Source of the DNA: Felis catus
Taxonomy: Eukaryota
Reading direction: 5' to 3'
Assembly: GCF_018350175.1 (NCBI RefSeq)
Contig: NC_058368.1
Coordinates: 168,828,001 to 168,892,000 of the forward strand
DNA: 64,000 bases
Below the pieces are notes generated by a model, which had not been told where the DNA came from, ran no database searches, and saw nothing but the letters and a program-made list of their open reading frames with translations. The translations under genes and the position numbers were made by a program. Numbering within the stretch: the stretch's first letter is position 1; each line of letters begins with the position of its first letter. This document shows, one piece after another, positions 51,721 to 64,000 of the stretch.

Positions 51721-54242
51721 GCTTTTTTTTTTTTTTAACCAGTCTGTCAGAGACCTTGTCTGCTTAATGCCTAAGTGTTTGGGGGTAGGAAGAAGCAAGC
51801 AAAGATGCTAACACTTTTTGAAAAACAAACACAAAAACAAAACAAAATGAAAAACACAACAAAACAAAAAAACACCTAGAAATCTCATCTTTTTTGCTTT
51901 ATAAAGATAAAGGTACTCCCTAATTTTCTATCTCCTATTCTCACTAGATAATAAACTCCTGAGAGCAGAATTATACTTTGCTGTCATCTTAAGGAATCGT
52001 TACGCCTTTCATATTCTTTGTTAAACTGAATTCCATTGGCAAAAAGAATAAATGATACAGTATTTACAGATGAATAACACATTTCTTATAGGAATTTGAT
52101 AGACTAAATTGAACCTGCGTATTTTTTGAATTGATTGTTTTCAGTTACTCAGCTTCCAGAACCTGAAAAGGGTCTGTATCAGCATTTTTTTTTTCACTTA
52201 GGCTATAGCTGCACTTCTTCCTTTGGGGGATAGAACTGTCAGCTCAGAGTTTTAAGAAAAATGACACCTTCTAAAGTCAAGATGAATGAAAATGAATTAG
52301 AAAATATTACTATATGTACAGAGAGTTGGGTACAGCCTTTTTCTCCATATAGCATAAGAATAGAGGTAAGTTTATTGTAACAGTAAAGAAATTGAATAAA
52401 CATGAATTTTAAAAAGAATTAAGTCTCTAGAAAGACAGGATAAAAGTATACTATACATATGCAAAAACTATTTTATGTAACTTGCAAATGTAATGAAATA
52501 TTTTCTAAGGTGATAATGTCTTTGTTACATAAAAACCATTTTGGGGGAAAGAACTTTTGCGTTATTTAGGATTAACTTACAGAACATTTAAACAAATAGT
52601 TCCATCTAAATGGATTCTATATGCAGACTATTTCGCATAGTTGTCAATAAGGATTTTTAATCTCATGTAACCCTGATAACTTTAATGACAAAGCTGATCA
52701 CATTCTGAGTAATTCTTGGGCTCTAAAAATAAACTATGGCTGAAATTTAAAATGGAACAAATGTGCTAAGCAGGCTAGGCAGGTAATGAAGCACACTGAA
52801 AACTTGTGTATAAAGGAAAAGTAGAGATAGCAATTATTTCTCAGTATGAATGGTAGAAAAATTATAGTCTCTGACAGTCATTTATATTCTGTATTGTGGC
52901 ATTTGTTAATTATTCTAAGATATGTTGAGCTTGTGGCTTTAAAATAAAAACTCTGAAATGTCATGTCAATACGTTCAGCAATCCTTCTACTTTAGGTGTT
53001 AAATCTTCAGAGTGAAAAATTTTTAAAATCTATATTTGAATGTTTGAATTAAAACAAACAAACAAACAAACAAAAAACCCCACCTATTACATTGAATGAT
53101 TATTCCCATCCTTTTGGCCAGGGTGTGGATGAAGCTTTTTTATTTCCACTGTTTCTGATGACTAAATTCACAAGTTGGATCTACATTACATTGTCTATTG
53201 CTTGGAAATAGGTTGTAAATTAGTGAGTTGTTTTGTATCTGTTAAAGGCAGAATTATCAAAACAAATTGAAAAGTGAAAATATTGCATTAAAATATAACT
53301 CCTCTTCACTCACGTGGAAGAAAGCACTCCTTTTACTTGCATTTTGAATATGGGGAAGATCTATACGGATAACATAAGATCCTTTTGCGGTATTCTTAGA
53401 AGTATTTTCCTTAGATGGGCTTTCTTTCTGGGGAACTGAACACAAATCAAAGTGAAATATTCACTCACATCACACTAATTACTCTTACTTACCTGCTTGA
53501 GATCTAATTTTAAATGTCTCCCTATATCCCTATAAAGCTCTTTGAAAGGATAACTTTAGAAAGAAATGTACAGCCATCCCAGAGAGATTTGGCAGGGATT
53601 GGTTTGCATAATAAATAATGACCATCTGCACCCTGTGGCAACCTACCAAGAAGTGCAATTAGTCCCCTGCAGCCCAGGCAGACTGTGGTTAGTTGTCTTC
53701 AGCAGGTGAACAAAGGAGAGATTGCTTATTTGGTACTTTGTTCACTTCATATAAAATAGCTACTTTTGTGAGGCCAGAGTAATTCTAAGATTTAGGTCTT
53801 AACATTTTAAAGCTATAATTAGGTTTTATTTCCAGTTATTTTTATAGTTCATGCCTAGTATTATACCTATTCATGTGCAAAGATGGAGGATTTATAAGGA
53901 CAGTATTTTCATGAAAGTGGGAAATACTCTAATGGCTTAATTTTTTTATTGCTTTTGAAAAATTTTCTTTGAATCTTGTAGAACAACTGGTACCGAGTCA
54001 CTATGGGAAAATGGATGGAATATGTGTCATATTTATCTGGTGGAAATTAGTGGTCTGAAGACTGAAGTATGAGTCTCTCCTTTTAGGTTATAAATTACAT
54101 AGAGATTAGACAAAATTGATTCATAATTTTGCCAGCTATTTATATAAAGCCATTTTACTTGATGACAACTTGAAAGTTTTATTGTAATATTTTTTGATGC
54201 CAAAATTGTGAATGTGCAAAACGTAAAGCTTTAAATTAGATC

Positions 54243-54458
54243 GGGGGGCCTGAGTGGCTCAATTGGTCAAGTGTCCGACTTTGGCAGGTCATGATCTCAC
54301 GGTTTGTGGGTTCGTGCCCCACGTCAGGCTCTGTGCTGACAACTCAGAGCCTGAAGCCTGCTTTGGATTCTGTGTGTCTCTCTCTCTTTGCTTCTTCCCC
54401 ACTCACACCCTGTCTCTGTCTCTCAAAAATGAGTAAACATTTAAAAAAATAATAAAAA
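54243..54458 (+). mobile_element. Can-SINE
   Basis: Head, CT tract, A tail; TSD taaattagat at 54232-54241 and 54459-54468. Confidence 0.92.
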
Positions 54459-55277
54459 TAAATTAGATTATAATCTAGTAAAACCAGTGAGTGAAGAGCA
54501 ATCCAGAATTAATTTAGACAGCGCTTGTTGGCTGAAAACAAACTATATCAACCGTCAGTCAAATCTTTTTAAGACTAGAACTTGAATCTTGAAATAGAAT
54601 GTATGACCCATTGTGTTTCAGTTAATTAAAACTGAATTAATTGCAGTTAATTAATTGCATGATAGTCAATCTCTGAACTTGAGTCAAATGCATTGTTTTA
54701 ATTATTCTAATCTGGGAGGCAGTGGAGTACATGCAATTTTTTAGATAGGACACAGCCTTTGGAATCAGAAAATGTAGGTTCAAACACGGTTTCTGTCCTT
54801 TGCCGCCTCAGTGACCCCTCTCTCAGAAACTCAGAGTGTCTTAATTGCCCTAATATCCCCTAATAGTTCACTGATTCAGTGGAAAGATTCCTATAACTTA
54901 ATCTAAAGTTATACTCAAGTCTAAGATTTATCACAGATATGTACAAGAAAGAAGGGAACATCAGAGGAGAGATTGAATACAGGCTTTCCTGCCCTATTGA
55001 TGCAGGAATTGCATGGGCATGTCTTTGTTTCCACCTACAAACTGCCACGATATTTGTGGTATGTCATTGCTCAAGAAATCCTCTTTGAGTCTTAGAGTCC
55101 AGAGTTTTTAAAGGTGGCTAGCTGATCGCACACCTGCAGTGAAACCAACCGTGGTGAGGACCCAAAAGCAGTCACCAAGTACACAGCATGACTCGTCATG
55201 TTTGCTTTAAACATGCTGACAATGTGTTCATCAACGAGGAAGAAAATTCTTTTTAGGTTCATTATTGACCACATCCT

Positions 55278-57095
55278 TTTAGTATTGCTTTATCTGCGAA
55301 TGTTTGTATTTTCCCTTCATTCTTAAAAGATAGTTTTGCCATACTTGGTGGCAGTTGACAGTTCTTTTTTCCAACATTTGAAAAATACTGTGCCACTTCC
55401 TTCTGAACTTCATAGTTTTAGAGGAGAAAAGTATGCCATTCAAACTGGTGGTCCCCCGTAGGAAATGTCTTAACTTTCTAGCTGCTTTCAAGACTTGTTA
55501 ATTTTCAAAAGTTTAATTATGATATGTCTTAGCTTGAATTTCTTTGAGTTTATCCTAGATAAGTTTCTCTCGGCTGCTTCAATTTAGGTTTGCGTCTTTT
55601 ACCAAATTTGGAAAGTTTTCAGAGATTGTTTCTTTGAATGGTCTCTGAATACCACTCTTTCTCCTCTCCTTTTGGAACTCTGGTGACACAAATGTTGGGT
55701 CTTCAGTAATTATCCCACAGGTCCCTGAGGCTCTGTTAATTTTTTTCCAACCTATTTCTTTTTGTTTACATTGGCTCAATTAATCTGCCCTCAAGTTCAG
55801 GAATTATATTGTTTTTTTCACTTCACTATTGAGCCCACTCAAGTGAGTTTCTTTTTGTCACTTTTTAACATTATAATTTCCATTTATTTCTCTTTCATAA
55901 CTTCTGTTTCTGTTGCTGAGATTGAGTCCACTTGTTTCAAGAGAATTTATGATTAGTTATGGCTGCTTTACAATCCTTATCAAAATTACAGCATCTGATC
56001 TGTTTACATGTTGGTGTTAGTTAACTGTCTTTTCTCATTCAGGTTGCAATATCTTATATATTGGTATGATGGATGATTTTTTTGTGCCCTGGGCATTTCA
56101 TCTATTTTGTGAGGAGGCTCTGGGTCCTACTTAAATCTTTTATTTTGGCAGGCAGTCACATGGGCAAGGTTTAGCATGTAGGTCCTGGCCTACTCCTATG
56201 GACTGTGGTTTTGAGGATGGTTGAAACTTCAGAGTCTGTGGGATGTTATTTTGGTTTGCTGGTTTATCTGGTTCCCACTTGCTCCTCCAGAGCTGTGTGG
56301 GGATGGAAAGAGCCTATGTAGGTTGGGCTGCCAGGTGTTGCACTGTGGGAACAAGAAGTGTTGGACACATGAACTGTTCGGTGCTTGCCTGGCAGTGGTC
56401 CCTGCATGTGGGGAATGCAGTGCACTTTCTGGGCTGGATGTTTGTGGGATTCTCTCTGTCAGTGTTCTTAGCTGCCCGTGTCTGGGCAGGAAATAGAAAT
56501 CTTAGGTCTGTCAAGACAAAGAGGCTTCCCAGGCCAGACTACTTTTTGTGGTGATTATTTTCCTGGCAAGTACAGCCCAGTTCCCTTGGTATTTCTTGGT
56601 GGGGTAGAACATACAACACTTGCATAGTTTTGACTCTTTCCAGGTTTAGCTGCTTGTTTTGCTGGAGTCCATCTTGCTAGTGCTCCTGGGTCACCCCAGT
56701 ATTCTTTCACAAAGTGGGGCAGCCTTAGGACCATAGGAAAACAGAGCATTTTTTTTTGTGGCAACTTTTGCTCTCAATCCATCTATCTGCCTGTGGTGGG
56801 GAGTTTACCTGGTATTGGGAAGGCCTGCCATTTGATCTAATTAAACCTTTACCTGGACTGCCTTCTGTTGCTAAGCTGAGAGTTAAGCCTCCTCCTGTTG
56901 TGTAGATGGAACTTAAGATGTCCTGCTGCTATGCTGTTCCCCTGTCCCTGGGATCCCAAAGCAGTTCACTCCCCCTCACCATCTTTCAGAATTCTTTCGC
57001 TGCCCCTCACTTTATGTCTGTGGTTTATAGTTGTACTTAGTGAAAAGGAGCCAGGAAAGTTGTATTTACACCAGTTTGTTCAGTGGCCATATCAT
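55278..57095 (-). mobile_element. Old L1M 5' portion (5'UTR + degenerate ORF1)
   Basis: Minus-strand ORF pieces ...FKETISENFPNLVKD and KAARK...FSSKTMKFRRKWHSIFQML resemble L1 ORF1p; 5'-end motif tttatagttgtacttagtg near 57020-57095. Confidence 0.75.
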
Positions 57096-57511
57096 GTTAA
57101 TTTCCACTTTTGAAAATGCTGTATAATATAGATTATATATTGGTACAGTAGGACAAATGCTCACATTAAAAAAAAATTAATGGGTTACACAATAAAAAAA
57201 GTTGAGACTCCTGGTCATAAGATGAAGTGAATAGTAGATTGCTTGCCATTTAAAACACCATGGTTTGGTTAGAAAGTATATTTCTAGGTTTTCATCCAAC
57301 CCTGTCCCCCTTGAAGATTTCTTTTCTTTTACCATAATGGTGTATTTACTCTCTAAAATATTCCCACTTCTTTCTATGCTTTTGCTGCACTTATTTTCTC
57401 ATCTTAATGTATCCGAATAATATGCATGCTCAAGGTCATCTCAAATTCCACCTCTTTTGTGAAGCTTTTTATGACATCTTTAGCAAAATAGGGCTTCTTT
57501 TTCCTCTCTTT

Positions 57512-57730
57512 TTTTTAAAAAATTTTTTTAGCGTTTATTTATTTTTGAGACAGAGAGAGACAGAGCATGAATGGGGGAGGGTCAGAGAGAGGGAGACACA
57601 GAATCTGAAACAGGCTCCAGGCTCTGAGCTGTCAGCACAGAGCCCGACGCAGGGCTCGAACTCACGGACTGTGAGATCATGACCTGAGCTGAAGTCGGCC
57701 ACTTAACCGACTGAGCCACCCAGGCGCCCC
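57512..57730 (-). mobile_element. Can-SINE
   Basis: TSD tttcctctcttt at 57500-57511 and 57731-57742. Confidence 0.95.
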
Positions 57731-57795
57731 TTTCCTCTCTTTATTATCTGTGAAATTTGACATTTTAAATAACATTTTGAACAGTGTACTCAAAG

Positions 57796-57801
57796 TTTCT
57801 C

Positions 57802-57857
<56 letters not shown>

Positions 57858-57867
57858 TTTCTTTTTT
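57796..57867. repeat. (CTTT)n microsatellite
   Basis: Direct tandem repeat. Confidence 0.93.
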
Positions 57868-59542
57868 GAAATGTGCTTTCCTAGAGAAGCAGTGCCAGCA
57901 GTGACATTTGGTAATGTATAAACTGTGTGGATCTTAACCATCATTTAAAAGGGTCTAATGGAATATACATATGTGCACAGGGAGATCTATCTTAAAATTC
58001 CAGGACTGTATTCCTCCCCAGCCTTGCACCTTTCCACTCCGATGGAGATGTACATCAAGTCCCATAGTAGTGGTGGCTTGGGACCCATGGCAGAGACTCC
58101 CACATGGTATACTGGGAGAAAATTTGTTGGGGGTGAAATAGAAAAACAAACCCTTTAGGTTGAGGAGAGTCTGGAGAGAAGAAGGCTAGAATTGGTAGAT
58201 GATGACAATCATCAACCATAGGTAATAGAAACATGGGTATTTCTGCCCAACCTCTATGTTCTACTCATGTACAGCTATATATACCCTATTGTCTGATTGT
58301 TCCACCCAAAACAGTTTTAAGTTAATCTTTTTTTTTTTCCTTTGAAGAACCCTGGGGAGTAGCATAGGGCTTTTTTCCCCTCCACAAACACTACATATGA
58401 CTTCTGACCACCTAAAGCAAGAGCTTTTTATGGTTTTCTTTATTTAGTAGCTTGTAAAATGTTAAGGGAAGGTTACTTTGAGGAATTTTGGAAACCTTTC
58501 CATCTGTTCAGTGAAGCCCTTTAACCATCTTCTTTATATTGACCACATGTACCTCAGTGTTCAAGCTCTAGACTATTCATACTTCTCGCTCAGACTCTTG
58601 ACTTTCAATATCTTATATTGAAGCCCTTGAGACTAAGGACTACTATTTAATTTATCTTCTGAACTCATGTATCTTTGAATTTCTAGCATAACTTAGCATA
58701 TGTATAAAATAGGATAGATTTGGAGCTAGAATCTGAGCTTTCTCTCAGCTTCCATTTTTTGCCTAGCATACTATTTCTCTGTTTTGGTTTTCTGTTAGTA
58801 AGTTGGCATAGCATGGTGTTTTCCAGACTGTTTGTGTCTTCTTGTTGTATTACATAGTGCCACACAGTGAGTCCTGGAAAAATCTTTCCTAAGGGTCTCT
58901 TTGAGTGAGCTCATTTATATAAATTATGAGCTAGCCCAGACCTCTTGACTGCTGTCTTCAGGAGTCCTGCTTTGTTCCAAAAGGGTATATTTATGTTTTA
59001 TTGTCTTATTGCTATGGTAGTGGCAGGCTAGCTTTGAACAGTGTCTCAGGTGTGCATTTCTAGTTTTCACTCTTGAGTTCACCATTTACTTTCAATCCCC
59101 TTCAGGAAAGGAACAGAAAACAAAATGAATCTTGTTAGTTAATTTTATTTACAATTCTGGGGCTAGAATGGATGAAGTTTAAAGTCTGTACCTATAATGA
59201 ATCTATTAAATAAACTTTCAAGTTTATATTACACCAATATAAACTGAGTTAAGAATACTTTGTGTATGATAATATCAATTCTGATATGTTCATTGTCTGA
59301 AAGATTGATATGTAAGGATTCAATCTAATACAGGCAACTGATTTGGAAATTACCCAGAGACTTCATTGTGAATTCTAACCTTACTGTGTTTCAGAAAATT
59401 CTTTCCCTGTAATTCACTTTGTGAAACTTTTTTACAATATTCTTTACATTTCAGCATCTCCTTCTACCTTTTATCTATATTTACTAGTTAATTTCTGAAA
59501 GCCAGAAGTTTCTCTGAGTGGTAGGAAACAAGTCTTGACTTA

Positions 59543-59763
59543 GGGGTGCCTGGGTAGCTCAGTTGGTTAAGCAGCCAACTTCAGTTTAGGTCGTAATCTC
59601 ACGGTTCACCAGTTCAAGCCTCGTGTTGGGCTCTGTGTTGACAGCTCAGAGCCTGGAGCCTGCTTCAGATTCTGTGTCTCCTCCCTCTGTCTCTGCCCCT
59701 CCCCTGCTCACACTCTGTCCCTCTCTCAAAAACCAAAGAAACATAAAAAAAAAAAAAAGAAAA
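59543..59763 (+). mobile_element. Can-SINE
   Basis: TSD gaaacaag(t/g)cttgactta at 59525-59542 and 59764-59781. Confidence 0.94.
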
Positions 59764-60729
59764 GAAACAAGGCTTGACTTAGCGAACAGAATTTTAATGG
59801 TATTCTGTTCTCAAGTATGGTGCTAACATTGGATTAACTGTTAAGGGACTTTCTAATATCTTTTGCTCTATTTAAACTTTCTTCTTTTCACTCTGAAATT
59901 TTTGTGTAAAACATGATAAATAACCCTGGATATTTGACTTCATTTTTTTAGAGCTAATTTTGAGTAAAAATACTCATATTTTCTTAAGTAATCACCACTT
60001 TTCCTAAAAGTATGACTTGTAAAGATTTATCACATTCACAGATAAAAAAAATTGGCTTTTCATATACTTCAAGATATTATAAAATTACATCATACCTAAG
60101 AAAACAGAATTAATGAAAGTATTCAGTTTAATTTGCAAATTTCACTTTATAGACAACTTTTAAGTGTCTTGAGTATTTAAATAATTCAGTGTTTAAAAAG
60201 GCATTACCCTTGAAAGATGTTTAATGAAGCACTGAAATTGTTTTCTAACAGTATTTGACATTATAATTTTTTTACTTCATATATGATAAGACTTAAATCA
60301 TCTATTTAGAAATAGATAACAGGTGCCTTCTGATAGAGTTTTTTGAAAAAAAATTGAAAGTTATTTTATGCTAGTAGTATTAAGCTTAGTTAAAGAATAT
60401 GGATACTGTGGATATTAATGCTAGAATATGTTAAGGTATCTGCTTCTTCCACCTGATGAAACAACTCCTTTCTCCGTAATGAGATGAATTCTAGATGCAT
60501 ATTATGGCAGAAATCCCACAACTAGAGATAGTAGGCACACAGGTGTATACTCCAAAATAGTACATAATAGGTTCAGGATGAGGTCAGTAAAAACAATACT
60601 CACACTAAATATTAACCAACATTAGATAGAAAACTCAAATGTTAGTATCTATAAACTGTATTTGTTAAGCTTACCTGTGTCATCTAATAATTGTTCAGCC
60701 TGCCTAAGTGTAAAATCAGAATTGCTAAT

Positions 60730-62260
60730 ATTTTTTCTTTGACTCATGGATTATTTAAAAATGTGTTATTTAATTTCCAAAAATTTGGAAAAATTCTGTT
60801 AACTTTGTTACTGATTTCTACTTAAGTTTTGTTGACAGAGGACATAACTTGTATGAACTCATTTCTTTTACATTCATTAAGGTTTGTTTCATGATCCAGG
60901 TTTATGATGGGATTTAGTTTGGTGTATTTTCCTTGTGCACTTGCAAAGAAGGTTTTATTCTGCTGTTGAGTGGAGTTTGTTATAAATGTCAATTTGATCC
61001 ACTTGGTTGATGGTGTTATTCAGTTATTTTACATCCTTGCTGATTTTCTCTCTACTACTATTTATTACTGAGAGAGGAGTTTTGAAATCTCCAGCTATAA
61101 TTGTGAAATTATTCTTGCAGTTCTGTCCATTTCCTTCATTTTGAGGGATCAGTGGTTGAAACAAAGAGTTTTAGGATAATTATGTTTTCTTGTTGAATTG
61201 ACACTTTCAATTTTCCTGATTTTCCTCTATCCATGGTAATTTTCTTTGCTTTATAGTTACTTTGTCTGGTATTACTACAGGTATTCTAACTTTCTTATGA
61301 TTTATATTTGCATTTTATATCTATTTCTATCCTTTTGAGATACCTGTATCATTAAAGTTATAGTGATCTTCTTTAGGTAGCATATAGTTGACTCCTTTTT
61401 AAGATTCTTTTTAAAATCTGTCTTTTAAATGGTGTATTTAGACAATTTATGTTTGTCATTATTGATTATGTTTGGATTTAGGGCTTCTGTTTTATATTTT
61501 GTTCTTTTTGTTTGTTTGTTTCACTTTTTCCCTTACCTTCCCTTTTGAGTTATTTGAACAGTTTTTACTATCCCATTAAATTTTTCTCTTGTAGTTTTGA
61601 TTATGTAGCTTTGTACTTTTATTCTTTTTTTAAGTGGTTGCTCAAAAACATTTAACTTTTCACAGTTTACAAAGAATCAATACGCTAACATTTCAAGTGG
61701 AATGCAGAAACTTTATCACAGTATGGATCTGTATACCTTTTCCTCTTTGGTGTACTTTTCATATGTATTACATCTGAGTCAAAACTCATCAGAAAATGTT
61801 ATAACTTTCCTTTCTGTTTGTGGAGCACATTTTAAAGAGTGCAAGAGAAGAAAATTCTGTTACATTGACTTAGGTTTTTACCATTTTTGTTTTTCTTCCT
61901 TTATGCCTTCTGGCTAAAGAACTTCCTCCAGTGTGTGTGTGCTCTGTTTTTTGCTTTTTAGCCTGTTGGCTGCTGCTTTCAAAATCAACATATGAATTTA
62001 AGGTAAAGGTAGTCCAGAAGGTCTGAATTTTGGGTGCTTTCTTAACCTAAATTTAACTTTTCTTAATCTAACTTGACTTTTGGTCTTTTTTACATGTCAA
62101 TTTAGCCACTCAGTGCTTAACTATTTCACTAGCTCTTCAGGCTTCTGGAACAAAAATTTCGGACTTTTTCATTTTTGTTCTTCCTATTTTATCCAGCTTT
62201 TTCAGTGGTTGAGGGGAGAGTCGGGTGATCCATGTATTTTACCATTATTTGAAATGAAAA
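60730..62260 (-). mobile_element. Old L1M fragments (endonuclease region, inter-ORF, 5' end)
   Basis: ctttgactcatggattattta...gtgcacttgcaaagaa...ttctgctgttgagtggag...gaaatctccagctataattgtg...ctaaagaacttcc; 5'-end-like motif at ~62190-62260. Confidence 0.7.
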
Positions 62261-62429
62261 AGCTCTCTACCAATCAGTTTTGCAACTTTAAAATAATAAC
62301 TCTTCTGCCTGCCAGACAACATTCTTTAGATAGTATATTTTTGATAGTATCTGTAAAGGGGAAATTAACCTAAAAGTACTGTTCAAATGGAAAGTAGCAT
62401 TTTTGAAATAATTGCTTTTTTACATTTCT

Positions 62430-63890
62430 CATTAAAAAAAATCAGCTTCATGGAAATAGTTTACATGCAACAAAATTCACGGGTTTTAAATGTATTCAAT
62501 GAAATATCAGTAAATTGATTATTTTCATAAACTTCCAGAATTCCTTTTTCTTGGCAATCTTCCACAACCTTTGCCTTAGGCAACCACTGCTCTGATTTAT
62601 AGCATTATAGATTTGCCCATATCTAACAATTTATATAAGTGGACTCTTTATTTATGCCATGTATATAAAGTATATTTGGCCTTATTAGCTTGGCAAAATG
62701 TTGTGCAAATGCTCTGTTGGATGCATTTGTAGTAAATTGTTGCTGAATAGTAACTAATTGCCTGATTATACCAAAATTTGTTTATCCATTCTCCTTTAGA
62801 TGTGACATTGCCAAATTGTCTTCCAAAATGGCTATTCCATTCCAAATCCTTAACTAACAATGTATGAGTCAGTATTCCAGTTGTTCCGCATCCTCACATC
62901 TTCTGATACTGTTAATCTTTTGAATTTTAGTCTTCTAAGTGGGTGTGAAATGGCATCTTAATGTGGTTTGTAGCTTTATGTCCCTGACACATAATGTCAT
63001 TTTTGATGAACTTACTATTCGTGCATCTTCTTTTGATTTTTTTTACCCAATTTTTTTTTAGAAGTTTTTAATTTAAATTCTGGTTGGTTACATACAGTGT
63101 AATATTAGTTTCAGGTGTACAATATAGTGGTTAAATACTTCCATACAACAAGCAGTGCTCCTCATAACAATTGTACTCCTTGATCCCTATCACCTGTTTC
63201 ACCCGTCCCACCATCTTCCTCCCCTCTGGTAACCATTAGTTTTGTTCTCTATAATTAAGAGTCTGTTTCTTGGTTTGCCTCCCTCTCTCCCTGCCCTCCC
63301 TTGTTCATTTGTTTTGTTTCTTAAATTCCACATGAGTGAAATCATATGGTGTTTGTCTTTCTGACTTAATTTTGCTTAGCATAATACTCTCTAGTTCCAT
63401 CCACATCATTGCAAATGGCAAGAGTTCATTCTTTTTTGTGGCTGAGTAATACTCTAGTATGTGTGCGCATGAGCGTGTGTGTATCACATCTTCTTTAACC
63501 ATTCATCAGTCCATGGAGACTTGAGCTGTTTCCATAATTTGGCTATTATAGATTTTTATCCAGTTTCTTAAAATTGGGTTTTTCTTAACTTGTTACTGAG
63601 GTATGAATTCTCTATATATTCTACAAAAAAATTATTTGTTAGATGTAATGCAAAAATTCTCCCAGATTGTAGTTTGCCTTTTTACTTTTCAAATGATGGC
63701 CTTGGGAAGAATTTTTATAATTTTGTTGATAATTTTTTGTTTTATAATTTTGTTTGAAATTTTGATGAATTTTATAGTTCATGCTTTTGTGCCCTAAGAA
63801 ATTTTGCTTACTGCCTTCGTCATGGAGCTATCCTCCTGTGTATTTTTTCCAGGTCCTTTATAGCTCTAGCTTTATATTTAGATTGAAAGA
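62430..63890 (-). mobile_element. Old L1 3' region, interrupted by a younger L1
   Basis: ggcaaccactgctctg...tgccaaattgtcttccaaaatgg...gtgtgaaatggcatctt; resumes after 63552 (tattctac...tcccagattgtagtttgcc...tttatagctctagc). Confidence 0.7.
63053..63551 (-). mobile_element. 5'-truncated carnivore L1 3' end
   Basis: T tail, tacatacagtgtaatattagtttcaggtgtac...ccacatgagtgaaatcatatgg...gctgtttccataatttggctatt; degenerate TSD tttttaYccaRttt. Confidence 0.88.
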
Positions 63891-64000
63891 CTATACACGT
63901 AAACTGAAAAAAGTCAATGTTCTCTTTGCTGACCTATGAAGAAAATATATCATTCTAGGATTTTCTTTTTTTTTCCTCTTTCTCTCTTCCCCCCATACCT

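Noticed and set aside
55278..61930. Two old L1 blocks (55278-57095 and 60730-61930) that look like consecutive pieces in swapped order
   Set aside because: The second block has its own 5'-end-like sequence near 62190-62260, so independent insertions are the simpler explanation.

Overview
AT-rich mammalian genomic DNA from a felid (domestic cat or a close relative, judged from the felid-type Can-SINE and carnivore L1 3' ends). The window lies inside FER (non-receptor tyrosine kinase, + strand). It holds one 123-bp coding exon (1358-1480, C-terminal end of the SH2 domain) followed by at least 62 kb of intron; I did not find the next known exon (DKKW...). The rest is interspersed repeat: about 23 Can-SINEs (several very young with perfect TSDs), L1 fragments of several ages, L2/MIR/CR1 relics, MaLR/MER21 solo LTRs, DNA transposon relics and microsatellites. 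Apart from the FER exon and the L1 remnants, the listed ORFs look like chance or repeat-derived frames. I found no convincing new biological system. The best leads are a 2.8-kb twin-primed (5'-inverted) L1 with a 30-bp perfect palindrome at its junction, a candidate in-frame 21-nt microexon between SH2 and kinase, a possible intronic stop plus poly(A) signal that would give kinase-less FER, and an inverted pair of near-identical young SINEs. Repeat subfamily names come from recalled consensus sequences and need RepeatMasker/Dfam confirmation; boundaries of old repeats are approximate.
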